From an uncultured Thermoplasmatales archaeon (GTDB lineage: Archaea > Thermoplasmatota > SW-10-69-26), in assembly GCA_964396185.1 (NCBI GenBank), contig CAYNEI010000006.1, positions 11,081 to 75,080 on the forward strand: a stretch of 64,000 nucleotides of DNA, written 5' to 3'. A model generated the notes under the pieces. The model saw nothing but the letters and a program-made list of their open reading frames with translations, made no database searches and was not told the origin of the DNA. Below are positions 19,009 to 28,841 of the stretch, piece after piece. Both the position numbers and the translations under genes were made by a program. How positions within the stretch are numbered: position 1 is the stretch's first letter; each line of letters opens with the position of its first letter.

Positions 19009-20976
19009 GTGCATGAGATCCTCGTCCCCGACGCCAGCGTGCTCGTCTCCGGCCGCTTGACCCACCTGGTCGAGACCGGCGAGCTGCGCGACGTCGACAT
19101 CGTGGTCCCAGAAGCCGTGCTCGCCCAGCTTGAGTACAACGCAGTCGAGGGCCGCGAGTCCGGCGTGACCGGCATCGACGAGATCGAGCACCTCCAGCGC
19201 CTGGCCGAGACCGAGCCTATCCGCATCTTCTTCCAGGGCGAGCGCCCGCACCCGCGATCGCTGGACAACGAGACCGAGCTGCGCGGCCTGATCCGCCAGG
19301 TCACCGAGCACGAAGGCGGCACGCTGGTCACCAGTGACCGGGTGCAAGCCCACGTCAGCCGCGCCCGGGGCCTGGAAGTCTGGTACCTCCACCCGTGGGG
19401 TGACCAGGAGGAGCCCGACCCCGACGACCTGGAGCTCTTCGGGTACTTCGACGACGAGACCATGAGCGTGCACCTCAAGGCAGACTGCCGCCCCATCGTC
19501 AAGCGGGGCACGCCGGGCACCATGCAGCTCCAACGCCTCGGCGAGGCGCTCATGACCCACGAGGCCATCAGCCGCATGGCCCGCGAGATCATCGAGGCCG
19601 CCCGCCGGGACCCCGACTCCTTCGTGGAGATCGAGCGGCCCGGAGCCACGGTGTGCCAACTCGGCCCCGTGCGCGTGGCCATCAGCCGACCCCCGTTCTC
19701 CGACGGCATCGAGATCACCGCCACGCGCCCCGTCGTGCGCTTAGGGCTCGAGGACTACGATCTGCCCGGCGAGATCCTGCAGCGCACCATCGATGGCTCC
19801 CGCGGCATCTTCATCAGCGGACCACCCGGCTCGGGGAAATCCACCTTCGCCCAGGCCTTGGCCGACCGCCTCCACGAGGAGGACACGGTGGTCAAGACCA
19901 TGGAGTCCCCGCGTGATCTCCAGGTGGACCCAGAGATCACCCAGTACGCGCCCTTGGACGGCTCCATGGAGCTCACAGGCGACGTCCTGCTGCTGGTCCG
20001 CCCGGACTACGTCATCTACGATGAGGTGCGCAAGACCGAGGACTTCTCCACCTTCGCGGACATGCGCCTGGCCGGTGTTGGCCTGGTGGGTGTCACCCAC
20101 GCCAACCGCGCTATCGATGCGGTCCAACGCCTGCTCGGCCGCGTCGAGCTGGGCATGATCCCCCAGGTGGTGGACACGGTCGTCCACATCCACCAGGGCC
20201 AGATCGATCAGATCCTCGAGCTCGAGCTGACGGTCAAGGTACCAGCCGGCATGACCGAGCAGGACCTGGCCCGACCCATCGTGGTGGTCAAGGACCACAA
20301 GACGAAGCGAGCTAGCTACGAGATCTACACGTACGGTGAGCAGACCGTCGTCATGCCCATCGAGAAGATCGGGCAAGGAGGCCAGGCGGACAAGCGGGAC
20401 AAGCTGGCTGGCGACCAGCTCGCCTACCAGCTCAACCGACACATCGAGGGCAAGTTCGACGTCGAGATGACCAGCGCCAACCGGGCCACGATCTACGTCG
20501 AGGACTGGGAGATCGGCAACGTCATCGGCTCCGGCGGCAGCAACGTCAAGCGCCTGGAGAACCAGGTCGGCCTCAAGCTCGACATCCGCACCTTCGCCGA
20601 ACGGCGCGAAGAGCAGCGCAGCCAAGGCGGCGGCAACGCCTCGCCTAGCGGCGGGGACGGCGGTTCTCACGCAGGTGGACGCGGCGACAGCGATGGCGGT
20701 GGCGGTGGCGGGGGTGGCGGGGGAGACTGGGCGGCCAGCGGTGCCCATGGCTACCAGGAGATCCGACCCCAGCCCCGGCAGAGCCGCAAGAACCTGGTGC
20801 TCGTGCTCGACCCCGAGCTCGCTGGCGACAACGGCCAGGTCTGCATCGAGGACGAGGTGCTCTTCGAGGCCACCGTGGGACGCAACGGCGAGATCCGCGT
20901 GCGCCGCAAGAGCCGCGAGGGCCAAGAGCTCGAGCGCGCCTTCGCGGATGGCCGCGACGTGGTTGTGCGGATCTGA
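19009..20976 (+). CDS. PINA-type PIN-domain ATPase with KH domain (archaeal branch-migration ATPase family)
   Basis: N-terminal PIN (VPDASVLV), Walker A GPPGSGKST, ESPRDLQ, RPDYVIYDEVR, KH IGSGG. Confidence 0.9.
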   Translation: MHEILVPDASVLVSGRLTHLVETGELRDVDIVVPEAVLAQLEYNAVEGRESGVTGIDEIEHLQRLAETEPIRIFFQGERPHPRSLDNETELRGLIRQVTEHEGGTLVTSDRVQAHVSRARGLEVWYLHPWGDQEEPDPDDLELFGYFDDETMSVHLKADCRPIVKRGTPGTMQLQRLGEALMTHEAISRMAREIIEAARRDPDSFVEIERPGATVCQLGPVRVAISRPPFSDGIEITATRPVVRLGLEDYDLPGEILQRTIDGSRGIFISGPPGSGKSTFAQALADRLHEEDTVVKTMESPRDLQVDPEITQYAPLDGSMELTGDVLLLVRPDYVIYDEVRKTEDFSTFADMRLAGVGLVGVTHANRAIDAVQRLLGRVELGMIPQVVDTVVHIHQGQIDQILELELTVKVPAGMTEQDLARPIVVVKDHKTKRASYEIYTYGEQTVVMPIEKIGQGGQADKRDKLAGDQLAYQLNRHIEGKFDVEMTSANRATIYVEDWEIGNVIGSGGSNVKRLENQVGLKLDIRTFAERREEQRSQGGGNASPSGGDGGSHAGGRGDSDGGGGGGGGGGDWAASGAHGYQEIRPQPRQSRKNLVLVLDPELAGDNGQVCIEDEVLFEATVGRNGEIRVRRKSREGQELERAFADGRDVVVRI

Positions 20977-21051
20977 TCAGCAGACTTGGCGAAGAAGAGG
21001 GAGACCGGCGAGCCCGGGCCGGGCCCGCCGGTTGTCAGACTGGCTCCCAGC

Positions 21052-23697
21052 TCAGCAGTTCGGTTGGGAGGCCAGGTCCGTGGGCACGAAGCCCAGGTCC
21101 ATCACGAAGCTCGCGGTGGTCGACACAGGATCGACCAGGTAGAGCTCGCTACCGCTGTTCGCCCAGAGCTCACCGTCGCAGTCGAAGGCGAGCCCGTCGA
21201 CGGCGGTGCCTTGGAAGCCGAAGAGGTTCAGGCTCCCGAGGAACGTCTGCTGGCCGGTGGCTTTGTTCACCGTGACCAGGCCCGGGCCCGTCCAGTCGCT
21301 GAACAGGATCGTACCGTACATGACCCCGGTGGATGGGCTCGTGGCGATGTCCCCGCCCAGCACGCCGCCGGCAGCGTCGGTGCCGATGTAGGTGATGGCT
21401 ACGCCTGGCTCGATGCTGTAGAAGTCCGCGGTGTTCGGCTGGCCGAAGTAGAGCAGCCCGTCGCGGCCCTCGCCCAGTGCGGTGCCCTTGAATGTTGGCA
21501 GGGCGTTCATCACGCCGTTGCCGCTGCCGAGGGTGTACTCGTTGAGATCCCCCGGGTGGTCGGCGAAGTAGAGACGGTCAGCGCCCTCGTTGGCCGCGAG
21601 GTTGTACCCGGCGACCGAGGAGGTCTCCTGGACGGTCAGGGCCAGGTTCGTGTCGATGCCGTAGATTGCATCTCCTGGGACGGTGGCGTAGATGGTCGGT
21701 TTGGGTTCGAGGTTCTCGCAGAGGATCAGCGTGAGCTGCAGGTAGTCCACGCTACTGTCGTCGGCGAGGAAGAAGTCGAACCAGCCGTCCTGGTTGAGCT
21801 GGCCAAGCATGCCGGGGATGGTCGAGAGATCCCAGGAGACGTCCTGGTCCCACTGGAAGCCTGGCACGTCCGTGACGCGCCGCTGCTCCCAGAAGTCGCC
21901 GTTCCCATCCATCTTGAGCTTGATCCCGTCGTTGTGGGCCAGGCCGTTTCGCTGGCTGGCCTTGAACGTCAGGATGGCACCCTGGATGCTGCCCGCGTAC
22001 GGGGCCAGATCGAAGGTGTGGCCGAAGCAGCGGTCCCAGGAGGTCCCGTCGAAGTTGGGCGCCGGACCGTTCGAGCAGGTCTGCAAGCGGTTCTGCAGCA
22101 TGGCGCTTGGGTCTGCGGGCTCGGCGCCGTCGCTGGTGTCGAAGTCGTCGACCCGGCCGGCTTGGAGCGTGACGTCACCGACGTCGTCGCAGTCCTGCTT
22201 GCACTTGCCCGCGCTCTCGGCGAAGGAGAGGCGCTCGACCTCCTCGGGGCCCAGTACGCGATCGAAGAGCTCGACCTCGTCGAGCGCGCCGGTGAAGTGG
22301 CCTGGCAGGTACATGTCGCCGGCGCCCAGGGTCAGGGGCTGGCCGTTGGACCAGTCGTTGCCCGGGAGCACGCCGGTGACGGTGTCCACCGGTTGCCCGT
22401 CCACGTAGAACACGATCTCGTTGGCGCCGCGGTCGAAGGTGACAGCCACGAGGCTCCAGTCGCCCGGCGTGAGCTCTGCCGCGCATCCGGTGCACGTGAC
22501 CGTGTTGAACACGTTGGTGGCGGTGGAGTAGCTGAACGCGAGCGTGCCCAGCCAGAGGCTGAACTGGTAGCCGTGAGCGCCGGCGCCGGTCTGGACGTCG
22601 GTGGCCATCTTGTCCACGATGGGGTGGGCGGCCGCCGTCGCGTTGGGTTGGATCCAGGCATCGATGCTGATGCTGCTGGTCCCCATGTCCAGGGCGTTGT
22701 GGTCGGGCACCGTGACCCGGTCATCCACGCCATCGAAGTGGAGCGCGCCGTCCACCATGCCGGTGATGTGCTGGGGGCCGCTCAGCCCTGGCGTGTTGAC
22801 CGGGGAGAGATCCCCGTGGTGGGTGCCGAGCCGGTCGAAGGCCGTGACGCCTTGGCCCTCGTCCATGCTCCACCAGGCGGTCATGCTTGCCGGGGCCTCG
22901 GTGCAGGGGCAGGTGTAGATCGTCAGGCGGATCCAGTCCACGGCCGTGTCGTCGGCGATCCGGACGTCCAGGAACTCGTTCTGGTTGAGACCGTCGATCA
23001 GGCTCGTGGTCCCGCCGCCCTGGCTGATGCGGTTGGGCAGGTTCTTCAGGTTGAGGCTGATCACCGCCTCGTCGACCTGGCCAGGACGCCAGACGCCGTC
23101 GACCAGACCGGGTTGGCCGGTGCGGTCCCCGATGGGGTGGGTCCAGTCGCGCCAGGTGGTCGCGTCCCCGCCGGCGCCGAGCTGGAGGCCATCGTTGGAC
23201 GCAAGGTAGCCCTCTGCGCGCATGTGGATGTCGAGGAACGCCCCGACGATGTAGCCGTCGAGTCCGCTGAAGCTGTGCATGAACTGGACGTCGTTGCCAG
23301 CTTGATCGAAGTCGCGCGATCCCCCTGGATGGGCCTGGGAGAGCGCGGTGCGCGGGGTGGTCTGCTCCCCGGGATCGCCGGCGTGGAAGTCGTCGGCCTG
23401 ACCAGCCGACGTGCCCGAGGCCTCGACAGGCTCAGGGCACGGGCAGATCTCGTGGCCGCCGATGCGCTCGTGCACGGCGTCGAAGAAGGGTAGGAGCTGG
23501 TGGGCGATGGGGCCAGAGATCTTCGCGCCCTCTTCGTCCAAGCTGGCCACGCGCTCGTCGTCCGGCGTCTCGTACGGGTCGACTACGTAGTACGGGTCGA
23601 TCTGGGCCGGTGCAAGCGGCGCGATCAGCCCGGCGGTCAACAGCAGGCTCGCGGCGACCAGGGTCGCCAGGGGTCCGATCCGGTGCTTCTGGATCAT
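21052..23697 (-). CDS. Secreted multidomain protein with a LamG-like jellyroll, a duplicated unknown domain and a C-terminal propeller-like region
   Basis: Signal MIQKHRIGPLATLVAASLLL; GALHFDGVDD...WSLVAVTFD...FYVDG...FTGALDEVELFDRVL LamG signature. Confidence 0.8.
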   Translation of the reverse strand: MIQKHRIGPLATLVAASLLLTAGLIAPLAPAQIDPYYVVDPYETPDDERVASLDEEGAKISGPIAHQLLPFFDAVHERIGGHEICPCPEPVEASGTSAGQADDFHAGDPGEQTTPRTALSQAHPGGSRDFDQAGNDVQFMHSFSGLDGYIVGAFLDIHMRAEGYLASNDGLQLGAGGDATTWRDWTHPIGDRTGQPGLVDGVWRPGQVDEAVISLNLKNLPNRISQGGGTTSLIDGLNQNEFLDVRIADDTAVDWIRLTIYTCPCTEAPASMTAWWSMDEGQGVTAFDRLGTHHGDLSPVNTPGLSGPQHITGMVDGALHFDGVDDRVTVPDHNALDMGTSSISIDAWIQPNATAAAHPIVDKMATDVQTGAGAHGYQFSLWLGTLAFSYSTATNVFNTVTCTGCAAELTPGDWSLVAVTFDRGANEIVFYVDGQPVDTVTGVLPGNDWSNGQPLTLGAGDMYLPGHFTGALDEVELFDRVLGPEEVERLSFAESAGKCKQDCDDVGDVTLQAGRVDDFDTSDGAEPADPSAMLQNRLQTCSNGPAPNFDGTSWDRCFGHTFDLAPYAGSIQGAILTFKASQRNGLAHNDGIKLKMDGNGDFWEQRRVTDVPGFQWDQDVSWDLSTIPGMLGQLNQDGWFDFFLADDSSVDYLQLTLILCENLEPKPTIYATVPGDAIYGIDTNLALTVQETSSVAGYNLAANEGADRLYFADHPGDLNEYTLGSGNGVMNALPTFKGTALGEGRDGLLYFGQPNTADFYSIEPGVAITYIGTDAAGGVLGGDIATSPSTGVMYGTILFSDWTGPGLVTVNKATGQQTFLGSLNLFGFQGTAVDGLAFDCDGELWANSGSELYLVDPVSTTASFVMDLGFVPTDLASQPNC

Positions 23698-23979
23698 GTC
23701 GTTGTCTCCTCCGCCTGCGCCGGCGGGGAGTCGAACGACTCGCTCGCCTCCATGAACGACCGCCATGCGCCTCCCTACTTGCGCAGCCCCTCGGCTGCAC
23801 AGCCCTGTAGTGCCTCCTCAGGCCCCCCGGGGCCTCCCTCAGCGGAAGGGAGAGGGCCCCGAAGCCGCTGAGCCTATATGAAGCTGCGCTACGGCGTGCT
23901 CCACCACTGCGGGACCGGACGATCTCTTCACCGCTGAGGAGCACCGAGCTTTGAAGTACCCTGGCCCGAACCGACATGC

Positions 23980-24876
23980 GTGCCCGTCAGCACGCGCGCT
24001 GGCTCCCCCGCGCCAGCCCTGGTCCTCGCCTTCCTCGTGCTCCTGCCAGCCATCGCTACGGCAGCGACCACGACCGGCCGAGGCATCGCTGGCTCGGGGC
24101 CTCTGGAGATGGCTTACCTGCCGGTGAGCCTGCTCCTCTTCGCCGCGCTCTTGGCCCGCCAGCTCGCCGTGGTCTCCAAGCCGACGCGCCGGGCCATCGC
24201 TGCCGTTCAAGGGGTGGGCGGCGCCTTCGTCGCCTTCGAGGGCGCCCGCGTGCTCTCCACGCTCTGGCTCCTATGGGGTCCTCGGCTGATCCCGGACGAG
24301 ACCCTGGCCTGGACCATGGGCGCCTCCCTGCTCGCCCTGATCGGTGGCCTGGGTGCCATGATCCACGGGATCCGAGCCTCCATCGGCGACAAGCGCCTGC
24401 GACGTGCGAGCCTCTTAGCAGGCATCGGCCTGGCTGCCACGCCGCTGGTCCCCTGGATCCTGCTCACCGGCAACGGGTCGGCGGTGCTCCTGTTCAACGA
24501 CTTCAGTGATCCCGGCTTCTCCGATTTCCCTGGAGATGGCTGGATCCTGGCCGCGCTCTGGACCATCGTGGCTGGCCTGGCCATCATCGTGCTCACCGGG
24601 CTGATCGCAGGGCCCGAGGGCGATCCCGGCGGCGGGGGCCATAGGCTCGCTGGCGGGCTCGGTGTGGCCGCCGTGGTCGCCGCCCACGGGGTGCTCGTCT
24701 GGCGCGTGCTCGACCTGAGCGAAGCCTTCGAGGGAGGATCGCTCTGGCCGGGGTTCAACGCCATCCCCCTGATGCTGGCGCTGGCTGCTGGCTATCTCTT
24801 GTCCAGGCCCCGCAGCGAGCCGGAGCCCGAGCCAGGCACGATGCGCGCTTTCCAGGTCACCTCGCCTGGCCGCTGA
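23980..24876 (+). CDS. Hypothetical multi-pass membrane protein
   Basis: About 8 hydrophobic segments; fills the gap between flanking genes. Confidence 0.65.
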   Translation: MPVSTRAGSPAPALVLAFLVLLPAIATAATTTGRGIAGSGPLEMAYLPVSLLLFAALLARQLAVVSKPTRRAIAAVQGVGGAFVAFEGARVLSTLWLLWGPRLIPDETLAWTMGASLLALIGGLGAMIHGIRASIGDKRLRRASLLAGIGLAATPLVPWILLTGNGSAVLLFNDFSDPGFSDFPGDGWILAALWTIVAGLAIIVLTGLIAGPEGDPGGGGHRLAGGLGVAAVVAAHGVLVWRVLDLSEAFEGGSLWPGFNAIPLMLALAAGYLLSRPRSEPEPEPGTMRAFQVTSPGR

Positions 24877-24893
24877 CCCCTGTGAGCAGAGCT

Positions 24894-25304
24894 TCAAGCC
24901 TCGACCAGATGCCCCTCCAGAGCTTCCCGGAACCGCTTCGGGATAGGGGTGGCCTCGAAGGCGTCATCCACCGTGACCCGGGTCACGTCCCCCTCGGCCA
25001 CCAGCTTGCCCGTGGCCTGCTCGAAAGCCTGGAAGCGGAAGCACATGGAGCTGGTGCCCAGGCGCGAGACGGTCACCTGGATCGTGAGCCGGTCACCGGC
25101 CTTGACCGGGGCCCGGAAGTCCACGTCCACGTTGACCACCGGCACCTTGACCCCCACGTCTGCGAGCAGGTTCTTGTCATCGAAGCCGAGCTCCTCGACG
25201 AAGTCCTCGTAGGCCTGATGGAAGTAGTCGATGTAGTGCGGGTGGTAGATGATACCCGCCCGGTCGATGTGACCGAAGTAGACTTTCTGGGTCTTCGTGA
25301 ACAT
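24894..25304 (-). CDS. Acyl-CoA thioesterase, hotdog fold (4HBT/YbgC family)
   Basis: VYFGHIDRAGIIYHPHYIDYF; VDFRAPVKAGD; LGTSS. Confidence 0.85.
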   Translation of the reverse strand: MFTKTQKVYFGHIDRAGIIYHPHYIDYFHQAYEDFVEELGFDDKNLLADVGVKVPVVNVDVDFRAPVKAGDRLTIQVTVSRLGTSSMCFRFQAFEQATGKLVAEGDVTRVTVDDAFEATPIPKRFREALEGHLVEA

Positions 25305-25388
25305 GGGCGCGGATGCTCCACATCCGCTATCAGGGTCACGGGTTGTCGCAAGCCACCTGCTCGTAGTCTCAGGCTGCGAGGCGACACG

Positions 25389-26534
25389 TCACCCGATCGC
25401 GGCTTCCAGGGCCCCCAGGGGCACCCGCAGGATCCGATCATCCTGGGGGCCAGGCGTTCCTCGGCCATCCTGGTTGCTCGTGCCTACGTAGAGCGCGTCG
25501 TCGGGGCCCCAGCTCACAGCGCGCAACCGGCCGAAGTCCCCCTCGAAGAGCACGTGCTCCTCACCGATCCACGGAGGAGCATCCAGGGTCTCGAAGAGGT
25601 GGAGCTGGGCCGCCTTGAGCGTCGCGAACACGAAGGCACCGTGCAGGGGTGAGCCGGGCGCGTCGATGAACGCCGCGCCTGCAGGGGCCACGGTCCCGCC
25701 TGGCCCACTGGACCAGACCGCTGGCTCGTAGGCCCCGCCACCATCGCTTGGCCCCCTGGCCTCGGGCCAGCCGTAGTTCAGCCCGGCCTGGATCCGGTTG
25801 ACCTCGTCGTGGTTCTCCGGCCCGTGCTCGGTGATCCACACCTCGCCGGTGTCGGGGTGGATGGCCATGCCCTGGGGGTTGCGGTGGCCGATGGTGTAGA
25901 CGGCCGGATCCCAACCCTGGCCGCCTGCTCCTGCCGGGCGACCGTCGGCATGCATCCGCAGTACTTTGCCGTTGCGTGAGCTGGGATCCTGGGCGGTGGA
26001 GCGCTCGGTGGCATCGCCCATGGTGACCAGCAGGCCGCCCTCGGGGTCCCAGGTCAGCCGGCAGCCGTCGTGGAGCGAGGCTGCATCCATCCCGTCCAAC
26101 AGGACCTGGTCCAGGCTTCCCTGGCCGTCGGTGGTGCGGTAGCGAGCCACGACGTTCTCGGCTCCGCCGCCCGCGGGGTCCTCGCGGGTGTAGCAGAGGT
26201 AGATGAACGGTTCGTCGGGGAACCCAGGGTCCAGGGCCATGCCCATCAAGCCTGCCTCGGCGTGCTCCTCTGCAGGCACGCGGGCCCACAGCGTGGGCTC
26301 GTCTGCTCCGGGGGCCAGGGTGAGCACCCGGCCGGCGCGCTCGGTGAAGAACAGCGTACCATCGGGAGCAAACGCGATCTCCCACACCGTGTCCAAGCCC
26401 GTGGCCACGACGCTGACCTCGTCCTCTCCGGCATCCCCTGGTCCAGGCAGCTCACCCGTCTCCGGGCCAGGGGTGCGCAGGCAGCCCTGGAGACCCAGCA
26501 AGAGCACGAGGAGCAGCGCGATCCAGCGACGCAT
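25389..26534 (-). CDS. PQQ-dependent sugar dehydrogenase (GSDH/YliI family) lipoprotein
   Basis: LLLGLQGC lipobox; WEIAFAPDG, HDGCRL, GHRNPQG, EHGP..DEVN, NYGWP, FGRLR. Confidence 0.9.
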   Translation of the reverse strand: MRRWIALLLVLLLGLQGCLRTPGPETGELPGPGDAGEDEVSVVATGLDTVWEIAFAPDGTLFFTERAGRVLTLAPGADEPTLWARVPAEEHAEAGLMGMALDPGFPDEPFIYLCYTREDPAGGGAENVVARYRTTDGQGSLDQVLLDGMDAASLHDGCRLTWDPEGGLLVTMGDATERSTAQDPSSRNGKVLRMHADGRPAGAGGQGWDPAVYTIGHRNPQGMAIHPDTGEVWITEHGPENHDEVNRIQAGLNYGWPEARGPSDGGGAYEPAVWSSGPGGTVAPAGAAFIDAPGSPLHGAFVFATLKAAQLHLFETLDAPPWIGEEHVLFEGDFGRLRAVSWGPDDALYVGTSNQDGRGTPGPQDDRILRVPLGALEAAIG

Positions 26535-26648
26535 CGCTCGATGACGCTCGCCGGGAGGCATGAGGCTTGCTGTCCGCGGGCACCGGGCCCGAGAGCGGCC
26601 GTTCAGGGGCATACCTTGATAACCCATCGAGCCTCCTGGGAGACCACC

Positions 26649-26942
26649 ATGCCTGAGAGCGCGCCGGGCCAGGGCTACGTGCTGGAGCTCTGCGCCAAGA
26701 AGGCGGCCTACGAGGCCACCCCCGAGCGCGAGCTCAGCCTCGACCTCGACCAGGTTGCCGAGGCCCTCGAGGGGGCCGGGATCCCGGTGCTCACCAACGC
26801 TGGCGTGCTCCTGGTGGCCCAAGCCGGGCCCGTGGAGCTCTCCATCTTCGAGTCCGGCCGTCTGCTCCTGAAAACCGACCAGCGCGAGCTGGCCAGCCAG
26901 GTCTCTCAAGCGACCTACGAGCTCCTGGAGGCCGTGGCATGA
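26649..26942 (+). CDS. Small hypothetical protein resembling the C-terminal domain of ThiF/MoeB-type adenylyltransferases
   Basis: LELC...LDLDQVAEAL...LSIFESGRLLLKT pattern; ATGA overlap with the desulfurase gene. Confidence 0.6.
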   Translation: MPESAPGQGYVLELCAKKAAYEATPERELSLDLDQVAEALEGAGIPVLTNAGVLLVAQAGPVELSIFESGRLLLKTDQRELASQVSQATYELLEAVA

Positions 26943-28144
26943 CGCCCAAGGAGTTGCGCGCGCTCATCCCCTTGCTCGAGGCACCCGACCCACCGATCTA
27001 CTTCGACAACGCGTGCATGACCCTCAAGCCTCGACCCGTCATCGAGGCTATCGCCCGGTACTACGAGCAGACCCCTGTCTGTGCGGGGCGCGCGACCTAC
27101 GAGCTCTCTCGCCGGGTCAGCGAGCAGGTGGCCGCCTCCCGTCAGGCCATGGCGGGCCTGCTGGGGGCCGAGAGCCCCGATGAGATCGTCTTCACCCGCA
27201 ACACCACCGAGGCCATCAACCTCGCCCTCCAGGGCCTGGAGCTTCCCACCGGCTCCACGCTGGTCACGACCGATCGCGAGCACAACTCCAACCTGGTGCC
27301 CCTGCAGCGCCTGGCCAAGCAAGGCCACGACCTCGTGGTGCTCCCCTCCACCGACCAGGGAGCCTTCGATCTCGATGCCTTGGAAGCCGTCTTGCGCGAA
27401 CGCGACGTCGCGCTCGTGTCTGTCGTGCACATGAGCAACCTCGACGGCTATGTGACGCCCCTGGCCGAGATCGTCGAGCTCGCCCACGACCACGGGGCCC
27501 TGGTGCTAGCCGACGGTGCCCAGGCGGCCCCCCACCGACCCGTCTCCGTGCGCGATCTGGATGTGGATCTCTACGCGCTGAGCATCCACAAGATGATGGG
27601 CCCCACAGGCGTGGGCGTGCTCTACGGCAGGCACGAGATCCTGGACGGGCTCGAGCCGCTCATCGTGGGCGGCTCCACCATCCGCACCACCACTTACGAA
27701 GGCTACGAGCTCGACGATGTGCCGGCCCGGTTCGAGGCAGGCCTGCAGGACTACGCGGGCCTGGTGGCAGTGGCCCCCACCGTCGATGTGCTCGAGCGCA
27801 TCGGTCTGGACAAGATCCGCACTCACGAACGAGCGCTCAGCCAGCGTCTCGTGGACGGGATCCAGGAGCTCGGGGGGGCCATCATCGGCTCGCCTGAGGC
27901 CCGGGGCAACGGGATCGTCTCCTTCTCCATCGGCTCCCTGGACCCCCAGCAGCTGGCCATCCTGCTCGAGGACAAGGGCAACGCTCTGGTCCGCGCGGGC
28001 CTGCACTGCATGGACAGCTGGTTCCACGCCCAAGGTCTGGAGGGCTCGTGTAGGGCCAGCCTCTACGCCTACAACACGGCCGAGGAGGTGGAGTCGTTCC
28101 TGGCGACGCTCCAAGGGATCACGGGCGCGCTCCAGGGGCGATGA
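26939..28144 (+). CDS. Cysteine desulfurase, SufS-like (class V aminotransferase)
   Basis: YFDNAC, FTRNTTEAIN, EHNSN, DGAQ, SIHKMMGPTG (PLP Lys), RAGLHC catalytic Cys motif. Confidence 0.9.
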   Translation: MTPKELRALIPLLEAPDPPIYFDNACMTLKPRPVIEAIARYYEQTPVCAGRATYELSRRVSEQVAASRQAMAGLLGAESPDEIVFTRNTTEAINLALQGLELPTGSTLVTTDREHNSNLVPLQRLAKQGHDLVVLPSTDQGAFDLDALEAVLRERDVALVSVVHMSNLDGYVTPLAEIVELAHDHGALVLADGAQAAPHRPVSVRDLDVDLYALSIHKMMGPTGVGVLYGRHEILDGLEPLIVGGSTIRTTTYEGYELDDVPARFEAGLQDYAGLVAVAPTVDVLERIGLDKIRTHERALSQRLVDGIQELGGAIIGSPEARGNGIVSFSIGSLDPQQLAILLEDKGNALVRAGLHCMDSWFHAQGLEGSCRASLYAYNTAEEVESFLATLQGITGALQGR

Positions 28145-28773
28145 AACCTCTAAATGGCATCGGTCGCCTCGTCCCTTCCTATGCCACGGAGGCGCAGGGC
28201 CCCAGGGAGCGGGGGGACGAGGATGTGAGCAGGCAGGAGTTGGCTGAGGAGCACCCGGACCGCGTCCAGGAGGAGCTCCAGGAGTCCCTCCTGACGCACC
28301 CGACTCGCCAGAGCATCCTGGAGACGGTCCAGGCGAAGCCCGGCATCAACAGGAACCAAATCGGGGTTGAACTCGATCTGGTGGTCAAGCTCCTCAACTA
28401 CCACGTCACCAAGCTGGAGGACGCCGAGGTCATCGTCCGGATGCCCAGCGCCCAGGGCAAGGAGGCCCTCTACTTCGCCCCGGAGGATGTGGACCTTTGG
28501 GAGAACCCCAGGACCAGGATCCTCTTCGGTCGCAAGCCCACGCGCTATGTAGCCATGTTCATCGCGGACCACCCTGGCACGTCGTCGGCCGCCATCGCGG
28601 AGGCTCTCGACCTCACGCCGGTCACGATCCGTCACCACATCCGCACCCTGAAGGAGCACAACATCATCGTCTCCGCCAAGATCGGTTACGCCGCGGAGTA
28701 CCACCCGCTCACCGAGCTCATGGACTGGGTCGAGGACCTCGGCGACCGGTACGAGCGGCCTTGGGAGTCCTGA
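28141..28773 (+). CDS. Double winged-helix transcriptional regulator
   Basis: HPTRQSILETVQAKPG...NYHVTKLE and ADHPGTS...AEALDLTPVTIRHHIRTL; start may be GTG 28225. Confidence 0.8.
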   Translation: MKPLNGIGRLVPSYATEAQGPRERGDEDVSRQELAEEHPDRVQEELQESLLTHPTRQSILETVQAKPGINRNQIGVELDLVVKLLNYHVTKLEDAEVIVRMPSAQGKEALYFAPEDVDLWENPRTRILFGRKPTRYVAMFIADHPGTSSAAIAEALDLTPVTIRHHIRTLKEHNIIVSAKIGYAAEYHPLTELMDWVEDLGDRYERPWES

Positions 28774-28800
28774 ACCAGGACACCAATCTCACCACAGCCC

Positions 28801-28830
28801 CGTTGTGACCGTTGTGCCTTTGCGGTGAAC
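28801..28830. repeat. Half copy of the heptamer-array element (F)
   Basis: Minus strand GTTCAC-CGCAAAG-g-CACAACG-gt-CACAACG; 25/30 identical to 34725-34754. Confidence 0.7.
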
Positions 28831-28841
28831 GTTCGCGGGTG

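Noticed and set aside
20986-23493. 835-aa plus-strand ORF
   Set aside because: Antisense shadow of the LamG protein gene, a typical high-GC artefact with no motifs.
23928-23950. TTCAC-CGCTGAG-gag-CACCGAG, a possible remnant of the element family
   Set aside because: Only two degenerate units and no inverted arm.
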